Source: Theionarchaea archaeon
GTDB taxonomy: Archaea > Methanobacteriota_B > Thermococci > Methanofastidiosales > SZ-28-30
DNA: 64,000 nucleotides
Reading direction: 5' to 3'
Assembly (NCBI GenBank): GCA_018992685.1
Contig: JACVGT010000013.1
Span: forward strand, 1-64,000
Part shown: positions 50,149 to 59,654 of the stretch, piece by piece
Numbering within the stretch: the stretch's first letter is position 1
Layout: each line of letters starts with the position of its first letter
Translations under genes and position numbers: made by a program
The notes under the pieces: model-generated
Seen by the model: only the letters and a program-made list of their open reading frames with translations
Databases searched by the model: none
Told to the model about the DNA's origin: nothing

Positions 50149-50961
50149 GTGAACATCTTGATTTATGAACTGCGCGACAGCATGAGAATCCTTCCTCTGG
50201 CTGAAGCTCCACAGTTAGCGCTAGTCATGTCTTCAATTGGAGAAGGGAACACTCCAAATAGAATCTGGGTTGATGACCCTGACACCCCGAAAAGTGCCTT
50301 CGTTTGGGATACCACACACTGCTTGTACTTTCTGGGAAATCCAGGCGAACCCTTCCGAGAAGAACTTGAGAAAAAATTGGCCAGTGAAATTATTCCAGCT
50401 GCTGCAAGAAAGAAAATCTATGTCTTCAAGATCCACTTTACCCCTCATTGGGAAAAAAACCTCCCTGGAATTTTTGCATCCTTCGAAAAAAGGAAGCGGC
50501 AGCTCTATGCTTATATTGCGCCTTCTGTCGAGGTAAAATCACCGCCCAGAGGGTTTACAATCCAGAAAATCAACAAGGAATTTCTGGAATCCCCTCTCAA
50601 AAACAAGCTGGACCTTGTTGAAGAGATCGAATCATGCTGGAAATCTGTTGCAGATTTTCTGGATAATGGATGGGGATTCTGCATCACACATGAGGAAAGA
50701 ATTGTGTGCCGGTGCACAGCAGAATATGTCAGCCAAGGGGCATGCGGCATTGGCATAGAAACAGGAGAAGAATACAAACGAATGGGATGTGCTACAGCTG
50801 CTGCATCTGCTTTGGTGGATTGCTGCCTGTCACGAGGGATTACTCCTCACTGGGATAGCTGGGAGGATAACATCCCCTCTATTAGGACAGCCCAGAAAGT
50901 CGGGTTTGTAAAAATGTCTGATTTTTCTGTGTACTTTGGCAATCTCAATCTCGTAGAATAA
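50149..50961 (+). CDS. GNAT-family acetyltransferase
   Basis: IWVDDP, GIGIET.EEYKRMG.AT, GITPHWD...DNIPS..TAQKVGF. Confidence 0.88.
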   Translation: MNILIYELRDSMRILPLAEAPQLALVMSSIGEGNTPNRIWVDDPDTPKSAFVWDTTHCLYFLGNPGEPFREELEKKLASEIIPAAARKKIYVFKIHFTPHWEKNLPGIFASFEKRKRQLYAYIAPSVEVKSPPRGFTIQKINKEFLESPLKNKLDLVEEIESCWKSVADFLDNGWGFCITHEERIVCRCTAEYVSQGACGIGIETGEEYKRMGCATAAASALVDCCLSRGITPHWDSWEDNIPSIRTAQKVGFVKMSDFSVYFGNLNLVE

Positions 50962-51035
50962 CGTAAGTAGCTAGCACTTTATGCAGAAGGGGAAAAAGAG
51001 AAGAGAATGGGAAAGAAAATGGGAAAGAAAAGAAG

Positions 51036-52997
51036 CTAAATTTGAAGAGCGGCGTTGGCCCCTTCATGAACTGCTCTCAGAATGGATTTTGGTTCCACAC
51101 AATCCCCTATTGCCCTTAGCTTGTAAAAATCTGTTTCAATCAGTTCCTCCAATATCTTTCTCTCTGGGTAGAATCCCACTGCCAGGATGACCGCATCTGC
51201 TTTCAGCAATCGCTCTCCCGAGGACTCTGCAATAATTACGCCTTCTTTCACAATTCTGACTGCTCTCGAATTGGGCAGCATGACAACTCCCAGATCTTTC
51301 AATGCCTCGCACGTTACATACCGTGCAGAAACTCCCATATCGGGACATATGACGGGCAGTTGTTCAATAAGAGTTACTTTCCCTCCTTTTTCCGCAATGA
51401 ATTCTGCCGTTTCTGCGCCCACTCGACCTCCACCGATGACGACCACAGCTCCCACGGGAACTGTGGCACCCTTGAGAACATCTTGAAATCCTTGTACACA
51501 TTCAGAATCAACTCCCGGTATTGAAAGTGTGGCTGGGACTGCTCCTGTGGCAACGATGACAACATCGGGAGACTGACTCACAACGAAGTCAGTGGTGACT
51601 TCCTTTCCCAAGACTATCGTGACTCCCAGGGCTTCAAGCTGATGAATCAGCCAGCTGAGAAACTCCTGCATTTCTTCTTTGTGGGGCGGCTTAACGCCTA
51701 GTACCATCTGTCCTCCCAGTTCCTTCCCTCGTTCATACAGAGTCACTGTGTGTCCTCGCATGTGTGCATACAGTGCGGCTGTCATACCGGCAGGGCCTCC
51801 ACCAATGACCATGACCTTTTTTGGGGTTTCCACTTTCCTAATTCGGAATATCCTTTCCCTCCCAAGTTCTGGGTTGATGGCACAGGTACATGCTGCAAAC
51901 CGGCTGGTATCCAGATCCAAACATTGGTTGCAGGCGATGCACTTTCTGATGTCTTCAGTTCTGCCTTCTTGCACTTTCTTTGGCAATTCTGGATCTGCCA
52001 GCAATGCTCGGGCCATTCCAACGAGATCCAGGTTTCCTTCAGACAGTGCCCTCTCTGCCAGCCAAGGATCATTTATCCTCCCAACTCCAATGACAGGGAC
52101 ATCGACAACCTCTTTTACTCCAGCAGACAGCCCCAGGTGCACGCCACGGGGTATTCGCATGGGAGGTATATTCCAGTTGGTGGCTTCAAGTATTGAACTT
52201 CCTGCAGAAACATTGAGCATGTCAGCGCCTGCCTCGACGAAATAGGGAGCCTGTTTCTTTGCTTCTTCAAGCTGGATGCCTGTCGGACCAAAGTAATCGT
52301 CACCATTCATGCGAAACGATATAGGAAAGGATTCCCCAGTTTCAGCCCGTACGCGCTCTATTATCTCTAGTGCAAAACGCATTCTTCCTTCAAAATTCCC
52401 ACCATATGCATCAGTTCTTTTGTTAGTATGGGGAGATAAGAATTGGTTGATCAAATACGAATGGGCCCCATGAATCTCTACCATGTCAAATCCTGCTCTC
52501 TTGATTCTCTGGGCTGCTTGCCCGTAGGCTTCCACAAGATCTTTGATGTCACGTGTGGACAGTCTGCGTGGGGTAATCATGGCCTTACCATGAGCTCCCA
52601 TAAAAGCTCCTGCATGGGCTACAGGGGAAGGCGCTACTGGTTCTGATCCATAGACAGACTCGGAAAGACGTCTGCCGCTGTGTATCATCTGTACTCCTGC
52701 TTTTGCCCTATAGTTGTGGAGGGCTCTTGCCAGTTCCTTCAATCCGGGCATGAGATCGTCACTATATACTCCTAACTGGTTCGGGCGGTACTTGGCTTCA
52801 GGGACTATATACGCACCCGCAGTCAGAATGAGTCCTGCCCCGCCTTCTGCCCTCCTTTCCAAATAGTCTATCATTCGAGGAGTAACGCTGCCATCGTAGT
52901 CTGCATACCTGACAATCATTGGTTCCATGACAATTCTGTTTTTCAGTTCCATGCCTCTTACAGACAGAGGACTGAACAGGTTTGGAAAGCTGTCCAT
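51036..52997 (-). CDS. NADH:flavin oxidoreductase with FAD and Fe-S domains (FadH/BaiCD-like)
   Basis: LKNRIVM.P, EIHGAHSYLINQFLSP..NKRTD.YGG, CIACNQC...C.INP, GGGPAG, GGGRVG. Confidence 0.93.
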   Translation of the reverse strand: MDSFPNLFSPLSVRGMELKNRIVMEPMIVRYADYDGSVTPRMIDYLERRAEGGAGLILTAGAYIVPEAKYRPNQLGVYSDDLMPGLKELARALHNYRAKAGVQMIHSGRRLSESVYGSEPVAPSPVAHAGAFMGAHGKAMITPRRLSTRDIKDLVEAYGQAAQRIKRAGFDMVEIHGAHSYLINQFLSPHTNKRTDAYGGNFEGRMRFALEIIERVRAETGESFPISFRMNGDDYFGPTGIQLEEAKKQAPYFVEAGADMLNVSAGSSILEATNWNIPPMRIPRGVHLGLSAGVKEVVDVPVIGVGRINDPWLAERALSEGNLDLVGMARALLADPELPKKVQEGRTEDIRKCIACNQCLDLDTSRFAACTCAINPELGRERIFRIRKVETPKKVMVIGGGPAGMTAALYAHMRGHTVTLYERGKELGGQMVLGVKPPHKEEMQEFLSWLIHQLEALGVTIVLGKEVTTDFVVSQSPDVVIVATGAVPATLSIPGVDSECVQGFQDVLKGATVPVGAVVVIGGGRVGAETAEFIAEKGGKVTLIEQLPVICPDMGVSARYVTCEALKDLGVVMLPNSRAVRIVKEGVIIAESSGERLLKADAVILAVGFYPERKILEELIETDFYKLRAIGDCVEPKSILRAVHEGANAALQI

Positions 52998-53421
52998 TTG
53001 AGTTCACCTATGATAGAAGACATATCTCGCTATAAAAGCCTTTGTATTGATAGTATTTGTATAATTAGAATTTAGTTTTTGTCCAGGATGATGAAATGCT
53101 AAGCTACAGGGAGATACCTGATAAATAGAAGAGGAATCCTCAGATGGGTGGGCTTTCTCTTTCAGGTTCTCATATTTCCAGTCCAGATTTCACTATTGGA
53201 GGCAGTGCTATCCAGAATAAAGCTATTTATGTACTGTGGACACTTCTCTCGTGATTTTCCACTCTCTAGTCAGGCCGCCAGTCCCGAAACGAGGAATGTG
53301 CCTGTGTACATATGAAGCAGCATATGGGGGGATTCACAAAATCATGACTCCATGAACACGAAATGGCAAGTATCTTGTCCTGAAAATGTATTTAAAGGAT
53401 ATCGATTCAATCAAGTAGTGA

Positions 53422-54108
53422 ATGCGCATGAGAAAATCTGTCAAGTATACGCTCATCGGAGTGGTAATTGTCACAGTGATGATATCATCATTCATGTACT
53501 GCGGACATACCCTCTATGAGAGAACGTATTCCAGCCAGTACTACTACGAGATTCAAATTGATCCCGACTCCTCATTGAACGGGGTTGTCCTGTATGTCCC
53601 ACTACCTGTCTGTGACAGTGTGTCACAGGTGGGAGACATCATTAAAGCTGGAAATGCCAAGAACCCAGAGAACATCCACTGCAGTGTAGTCTATACAGAA
53701 TATGGGGCGATGCTCAGAATCTTAGCCGACTACATAGATGAACCTGCAGTAATTGCAGTCTTGAAGCCTGCTGATACTACCATTGACACCAAGAACCCTC
53801 TCCAGACCGAAATGGTGCTCTCTCCAAAATATGATCTGATCCAAGTAGCATGCGACTTTCCTCATCCTGAAAAGTGGGATAACCAGCTAGCCTGTTTCGA
53901 ATACCAGACTATGCTCTATGCTGAGTTCACTCCTCTTGGGTCTCTCACGGTGTCTGTGACTTTAGAGGGAAGAAACACCTGGTGGATCCTGGGCTGGTCT
54001 GGCAACTCTTATCGAGACCAGATCCTGGCTACCGTGAATGGAGAGAGCGGATGGCATCGAGCGAGAGGAGAGCTCGTGCAAGGTGAAGGTCTCTATTCCT
54101 GGATTTGA
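53422..54108 (+). CDS. Hypothetical membrane-anchored/secreted protein
   Basis: N-terminal hydrophobic helix, LYVPLP, beta-rich body; TATTTAAA upstream. Confidence 0.72.
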   Translation: MRMRKSVKYTLIGVVIVTVMISSFMYCGHTLYERTYSSQYYYEIQIDPDSSLNGVVLYVPLPVCDSVSQVGDIIKAGNAKNPENIHCSVVYTEYGAMLRILADYIDEPAVIAVLKPADTTIDTKNPLQTEMVLSPKYDLIQVACDFPHPEKWDNQLACFEYQTMLYAEFTPLGSLTVSVTLEGRNTWWILGWSGNSYRDQILATVNGESGWHRARGELVQGEGLYSWI

Positions 54109-54227
54109 ATGAAAGTGGCCTACATCTATCCCCTTTCTCACTGATTGAGAGCTCTTGAATGTGAGACATTGCTTCTAGGAGACTGAGAGACAGAAAAGAA
54201 TTTATATAATGTACGACAAATGTGATC

Positions 54228-55391
54228 ATGAAAAACAGTGTGGTCGTTGTGGTATTTCTAGCCTTTGCAGCATCCATTGTCCTACTCTCCAGTCAGGCAT
54301 TCGCTGTCTCTGATGAACCCTTCACCATAACCATAGAAGTAGACAAAGGGTGCGGAGGCGACTATTTCGTTGGTGACATGCTCACTGTCACGTGGGTAGT
54401 CTCACACCCTTGCGAAATCGATTTCTGGGAAGAAGAACCTGACGGAATCAAGAGAAAACTCTCTTCAAGCATTATTTCGGGTGCAGGAAGTGGCTCTCGC
54501 GGGTGGACTCTGAAAGACTATGGATACGGAAGGAGAGTCATTCATGCAGAAGCAATCTCACCCTTTGGAATGGGAAATGCGTCATGTGAATATTACGTCC
54601 TGAAGAAGGCAGCAGATATTAGAGTTGAAGTCACTGACCAGGACGGGATGCCTATTTCTGCTGTAGAGGTGTTGCTGGACGACGCACACGTTGCAGCAAC
54701 TGATACCTCAGGAAGTGTCGTCATCCCAGAAGCAGAATTCGGAGAACACACCATTACAGCACGATATGGCGGAGAAGAGCAATCCACGAGAATTAGAATA
54801 GCTTCTACTCAAACTCAATTTGTGGATTTCGTGTTCACAATTGAGAAACAGGGATCCATCAAGATCCAGGTGGTAACCCAGAATGGAGATCCGGCCGCTG
54901 ATGCAGATGTATACGTTGACGGATTCAAAGAAGGTCGGACAGATTCAGAGGGCGTTTTCACCGTGACAGTTCCTGCTGGTGATCACACAGTAGAGGCCAG
55001 ATGGCAGAATCAATCAGACGAACAGCATGTTACCGTTTTAAGTAATCAGATGAGCTTTGCTGACCTCACGATCACCGTGCCTGTCGAGGCTGTACTGACC
55101 ATACGCGTTGAAGATGACGCAGGAACTCCTCTCAGCGACGCCAACGTGTATGTGGACAATGTCTTTGCAGGAAGAACTGACGCACAAGGGTTGGCCCAGT
55201 ACAGGACTGTTCCAGGCCCCCACACGCTGCGAGCAGAAAAGCAGGGATACATCACATCTTCAATGAATGTCAATGCAGGCGAAGGACAGACTGATGCAGC
55301 CTTGGTTCTGGCCCAGGAGGGAAAAGCGGCACTGTCGACAATTCTCGTACTCATAGGGCTGGGCTACATGCTCATGAGGAAGCGTGCATGA
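54228..55391 (+). CDS. PEGA/carboxypeptidase-regulatory-like domain surface protein with C-terminal TM anchor
   Basis: Signal peptide; three V.VD....G.TD..G......G.H repeats; C-terminal TM followed by RKR. Confidence 0.82.
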   Translation: MKNSVVVVVFLAFAASIVLLSSQAFAVSDEPFTITIEVDKGCGGDYFVGDMLTVTWVVSHPCEIDFWEEEPDGIKRKLSSSIISGAGSGSRGWTLKDYGYGRRVIHAEAISPFGMGNASCEYYVLKKAADIRVEVTDQDGMPISAVEVLLDDAHVAATDTSGSVVIPEAEFGEHTITARYGGEEQSTRIRIASTQTQFVDFVFTIEKQGSIKIQVVTQNGDPAADADVYVDGFKEGRTDSEGVFTVTVPAGDHTVEARWQNQSDEQHVTVLSNQMSFADLTITVPVEAVLTIRVEDDAGTPLSDANVYVDNVFAGRTDAQGLAQYRTVPGPHTLRAEKQGYITSSMNVNAGEGQTDAALVLAQEGKAALSTILVLIGLGYMLMRKRA

Positions 55392-55483
55392 TTGAGAAGG
55401 GATAGTTCCGAGATTTCATTCATGCAGAACCGCATGTGGCAGACCCCAACATATTTATATGGTGAGCACCTCCTAGTGGCACT

Positions 55484-57262
55484 ATGAGATGTAAGGCATG
55501 TATGAGAACAATTGCTCCCAGCCAGAGTCAGAGATTCTCTGGATTTGACTTCTGCACTGCATGTTACGAAGCTCTGGAATTGGGACAACTGACAGATGGA
55601 GAAAAAAGCTCAGATAACTACATTATATCTTTCTCAAATGAGAATAACCATCAAGTCTTTGAAGCACTCCTTAGAATAGCTTCCAAATTTAACAAAGGGG
55701 CAGCCGATACCCTTCTCTTGAGATGCAATGAAATGATTGGTCGTGATGTAGCAGGGCCCCAGGAAGTGCTGGCCTGTTTGTTGGCTGCCCATGCACTGCA
55801 GAAAAGTACAGGTGAGCAGCCGTTAACTACAGTTGGTGAACTAGCAGTTTATAATATTGGCAAAAGACTGGCTGCAGAAATATTCAAGTCAAATAATACG
55901 CCGATGCCCGATGAACCGCTTGATGACGAGGCCATGAGGAATCTATTTACCCAGCTGTCGTGGCAGCGATACACAACCTGCATTGACGTGTTCGACCATA
56001 TTGCTCAATCTGAGATTACTGAGCCGATACGAGAATTCCTTGTCAACCTGACTGAGATGTGCCAATCCATGGCAGAAGTGAAGGAAGTAGACTGTTCTCG
56101 TGTTGATGAGGGTGTGTACCTTGACTTTCCTCCTGAACTCACCCCCTCTCTACTTGAGACACTGGGGAATGAACATACATTTTCTTCCTGGAATGGATTC
56201 AAGGAAATCTTCCAGAAATTCCAGGATATGTTCCTAAGTAAGAAGATTAACCTGCTCTTTCCAGAAGGAGTCCAGGATGACAAAGAAATACACGTTCTGA
56301 TTGAAGAAGGAGAGCTGTATGTCACCTCACAGTGGAGAAAGATTAGGGAAAACCTTGATGCTGAAGGTGCAGACTTTGTGGCGACATTGATGAAAGAGGT
56401 CCCCCGTTTTGTGGTGGAAAGGGCTGCAGGAGGGATCGATACCCTCCGATCCATCGTCGAAGAGGGAGTGGCTGACACTGAGAACGCTGACCTGATCCTG
56501 TTGCAGAGTTCGTTCCTGAAAGAACAGGAGACCGTGGAACAGGCGGTCACCATGCTGGAAGAGAAGGTTGCTGCCATTGGTGATAAACCTTCCTTGCTGG
56601 TTGAGCTGGCTCTTCAGTACATTGAAACAGGTGAGGTGGACAAGGCCATTGACACACTGAAGAGAGTGGCTGAAATGGAGCCAGCTAACTGGCTTCATCC
56701 TATGTTCATTGCTGAAGTGTACGAGAACAGCGGTCGGTTCAAAGAGGCTGCAGAATACTACAGAAAGGCCAGCGCCTTGACCTCGCCTGACCCCTATTTG
56801 TTGAGCTCCCTGAAGAGGGCAGAAACGGGAGAAATACTGGCTGAGATTGAAGATCTGATCTCCAAAGAAGAATATCAACGTGCATTAAATCTGGTGGAGA
56901 AGCATTTTGATCCTTTTGAAATAGACATCTTTCACTATTATAAAGGGGTTGTCCTTGCGAGAATGAGAGAATCCAGAGATGCCCTGAGGGTGATGACTGA
57001 TTACCTGGACATATACAGTGATGACGAAGAAGGATGGCTCGAAAAAGCGGGGATCTACCTAGATCTGGGCAATTTCGCGGCTGCTGCCCGCTCGTTCAGA
57101 CAGTGTTTTATACTTACACCAAAAGATGTTCGCCCTCTGGTGTGGGAAGCCCTCTGTCATAAGAAACTGGGGAGATCCAGATACTACAAACGATGCATTA
57201 ATCAGGCTCGAAAAACTGATCCTGAGAAGACTAAAGCACTCCTCAAGGAACTTCCTTTTTAG
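55484..57262 (+). CDS. TPR protein with N-terminal CxxC...CxxC zinc finger
   Basis: CKAC...CTAC; about 6 TPR-like repeats in the C-terminal half. Confidence 0.8.
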   Translation: MRCKACMRTIAPSQSQRFSGFDFCTACYEALELGQLTDGEKSSDNYIISFSNENNHQVFEALLRIASKFNKGAADTLLLRCNEMIGRDVAGPQEVLACLLAAHALQKSTGEQPLTTVGELAVYNIGKRLAAEIFKSNNTPMPDEPLDDEAMRNLFTQLSWQRYTTCIDVFDHIAQSEITEPIREFLVNLTEMCQSMAEVKEVDCSRVDEGVYLDFPPELTPSLLETLGNEHTFSSWNGFKEIFQKFQDMFLSKKINLLFPEGVQDDKEIHVLIEEGELYVTSQWRKIRENLDAEGADFVATLMKEVPRFVVERAAGGIDTLRSIVEEGVADTENADLILLQSSFLKEQETVEQAVTMLEEKVAAIGDKPSLLVELALQYIETGEVDKAIDTLKRVAEMEPANWLHPMFIAEVYENSGRFKEAAEYYRKASALTSPDPYLLSSLKRAETGEILAEIEDLISKEEYQRALNLVEKHFDPFEIDIFHYYKGVVLARMRESRDALRVMTDYLDIYSDDEEGWLEKAGIYLDLGNFAAAARSFRQCFILTPKDVRPLVWEALCHKKLGRSRYYKRCINQARKTDPEKTKALLKELPF

Positions 57263-57321
57263 ACTGTTATGACACCCGAAGTAGCCTAAAAGTATTTAAG
57301 CTCGTTCCAGCAGTCCACACT

Positions 57322-57705
57322 ATGAGCAAAATAGATCAGCTTCTGGATGCTGCATCAGACAAGTTCACAGCCGCTGAGGTCTTGATCAACCAGGAATTCC
57401 ACGAAGATGCTGTTTCAAGATTGTTTTACGGTCTCTTATTCTGTGCCAGAGCCCTTCTGCTGACCAAGGAAGTTTCGACAGAGAATCCTGATGAAATCAT
57501 TGCAGGATTTGAAAGTCAATTCATCAAAAAGGGTGTCATTGACAAGGAACTGGGTTCTCTCATAAAGGATACAAAGAAACTGGCAGAAAAGGCAGATTTT
57601 TCTCCTACCTTCAGCATGCCTGAGGATAAGATGAAAACTATGATGGAGGATGCCCAGTTGTTCATGGAACAGGTGGAAGACGTTATTAGTGAGATAGAGG
57701 AGTAG
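57322..57705 (+). CDS. HEPN-domain protein (orphan, degenerate)
   Basis: AVSRL.Y.....ARALL, F...FIK.G, AEKADF in place of R..ADY. Confidence 0.75.
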   Translation: MSKIDQLLDAASDKFTAAEVLINQEFHEDAVSRLFYGLLFCARALLLTKEVSTENPDEIIAGFESQFIKKGVIDKELGSLIKDTKKLAEKADFSPTFSMPEDKMKTMMEDAQLFMEQVEDVISEIEE

Positions 57706-57825
57706 TATCCCTTTTTTATTTTTATTCCATTGGCTTAAGCTGACTCTTTTCTGGGATTAGCAGTACATCCCTCAAAAAGACAACCCCATCCAAAGTCTTA
57801 TATAGAACAGGAAATTCCTCATAGT

Positions 57826-58485
57826 ATGCCCGCAATTACCTGTACATCACTTACAAAAATCTTTGACAAGAATCCGGTGGTGGATGACATCACGTTTGAG
57901 GTTGAGGAGGGTGCCATCGCAGGTATCGTTGGTGACGATGGTGCTGGAAAGACAACACTGCTGAAACTTCTCACTGGACTGCTGAGACCCACATCAGGAA
58001 CATGCACACTCTTTGACACTGATGTTACTCGCAACCCCGCCAGAGGATTGAAAGGAGTGGGGTGTCTCGTTGGGGAGCCTGCATTCTACGAAGAATTCAC
58101 TGCCCAGAAAAACCTGGAACTGTTTGCTGCCTTGGCACAGGTGGACTCAGACGGAGTTACTGATCTCCTTGGCATCACCTTCAAGTCCACCAGAGTTCGA
58201 TATCTCACCCCCGCCATGAAGAAGCTCTTGGGAATCGCTGTTGCGTTTCTGGCAGAGCCCAAGCTGCTCATCCTGGACGAACCGCTTAACCTCAACGCAT
58301 CTGCCCAGGGTCTTGTGAAAAAGCTGCTGAAGGAACAGAAAGAAAAGGGGAACACGATCCTGTTCACCACAGGCATTCCTGCCGACGTGAAGGAGCTGGC
58401 CACCTATGGGGTTGTCCTGAAAGAAGGAAAGGCTGTCTCTCAGGGGGCACCCAAAACCCTTGACTTCAAGGGGGTGAATCCATGA
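57826..58485 (+). CDS. ABC transporter ATP-binding protein (degenerate motifs)
   Basis: GDDGAGKTT and LILDEP present; signature reads LTPAM and H-loop reads TTG. Confidence 0.85.
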   Translation: MPAITCTSLTKIFDKNPVVDDITFEVEEGAIAGIVGDDGAGKTTLLKLLTGLLRPTSGTCTLFDTDVTRNPARGLKGVGCLVGEPAFYEEFTAQKNLELFAALAQVDSDGVTDLLGITFKSTRVRYLTPAMKKLLGIAVAFLAEPKLLILDEPLNLNASAQGLVKKLLKEQKEKGNTILFTTGIPADVKELATYGVVLKEGKAVSQGAPKTLDFKGVNP

Positions 58486-59231
58486 ATGTGTACCGCGTGA
58501 CGAGATTTGAAGTCAGCAAGCTATTCAGGCAGAGAATAGCCCATGCAGGCTTCATCGTTGTCTTTCTTGTGTGCTGCGTATACTGTGTGATAAACTGGAT
58601 GACCCGCCCTGTTGGATCTTACAGTGGAGTCATGATTATTACCGACAACATCAGTTTCCAGAACAGTCTGCTGATTCTGCCGTTTCTGGCCATTCTGGTG
58701 GCAGCCAACTCTGTCAGCGGAGAACTATCTTCAGGAACCCTGCGAACCCTGCTTACCAGACCGGTGAAGCGAGATAATGTGATAGTAGGGAAGTTTCTGG
58801 CCGAATTCTTGTACATGTGCCTGGTTGTGTATGGAATTGCACTGCTCTCCTTTCTGTTTGCAATCAGATGGGGATTTCCCGAGGACTTCATATCCTTCAT
58901 TCCCAGATTGCTTCTGATCTGCCTGGTGTATGTCCTGATTAACATGATATTGGCGGCCTTCACCTTTGTGGTAGCATCTCAGAGCACCAGCATCGCTCTC
59001 ACTGCCTTTGCGTCCTTGGGATTCTACATGATATCAATGCTTGTGGAATTCTTCAACAAGATCCAGACGTATATGTTCCTCAATAACGCCCAGACTCTGT
59101 TCCAAATGCTGATGGGAGGACCATTTGAATTGAGGTCTACCTACTTTTCTGTGGGAGTAATTCTCATCTACACACTGGGTCTCCTGTTAATTGCCTCGGT
59201 GTTATGGGAAAAAAGAGATATCAGGTCCTGA
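58482..59231 (+). CDS. ABC-2 type permease
   Basis: VSGELSSGTLRTLLTRPVKR..VIVGKF; C-terminal KRDI; ATGA overlap with the ATPase. Confidence 0.9.
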   Translation: MNVYRVTRFEVSKLFRQRIAHAGFIVVFLVCCVYCVINWMTRPVGSYSGVMIITDNISFQNSLLILPFLAILVAANSVSGELSSGTLRTLLTRPVKRDNVIVGKFLAEFLYMCLVVYGIALLSFLFAIRWGFPEDFISFIPRLLLICLVYVLINMILAAFTFVVASQSTSIALTAFASLGFYMISMLVEFFNKIQTYMFLNNAQTLFQMLMGGPFELRSTYFSVGVILIYTLGLLLIASVLWEKRDIRS

Positions 59232-59654
59232 ACAATGGTCATTCGTTGCCCATTCTGTATGGAGAGAATGGGCTTTTTTCATCCTCTATTGCTCCAGGAG
59301 CTCCAAGACCATGATCACAGCGAGTAATCACTTTCTGAACGAACACAACTTACCAGCAGAGATAGAAATTCTTCAAATACCCTGAAAATTTTCCCATTAC
59401 CGTCTGTCATCACCCATAAAAAAAGTCAAGAATCTCGCAAGCAGATTTGAACAGTTGTACCATCATGCAAACATTTATATATCGATTTTGAGCTTTATGA
59501 AGTGGAGGAAAAGACGAGAGACGAGATACTGTGTGTTTCCACGGGGTTCATCGGGCCCCCTTGAGGCAAGAAAGCGGTCCAATATGCCCCGGTTATGGTG
59601 GCGTTCTGGTCGTTGAGCCTTTTCTCACAGTATTTCTCTCCAGAGGTGAGAGAG

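Noticed and set aside
53260-53370. Short palindromes (CAGGC/GCCTG, CATATG twice) as a ribozyme or riboswitch
   Set aside because: No hammerhead, twister or HDV core could be assembled; stems are short enough to arise by chance
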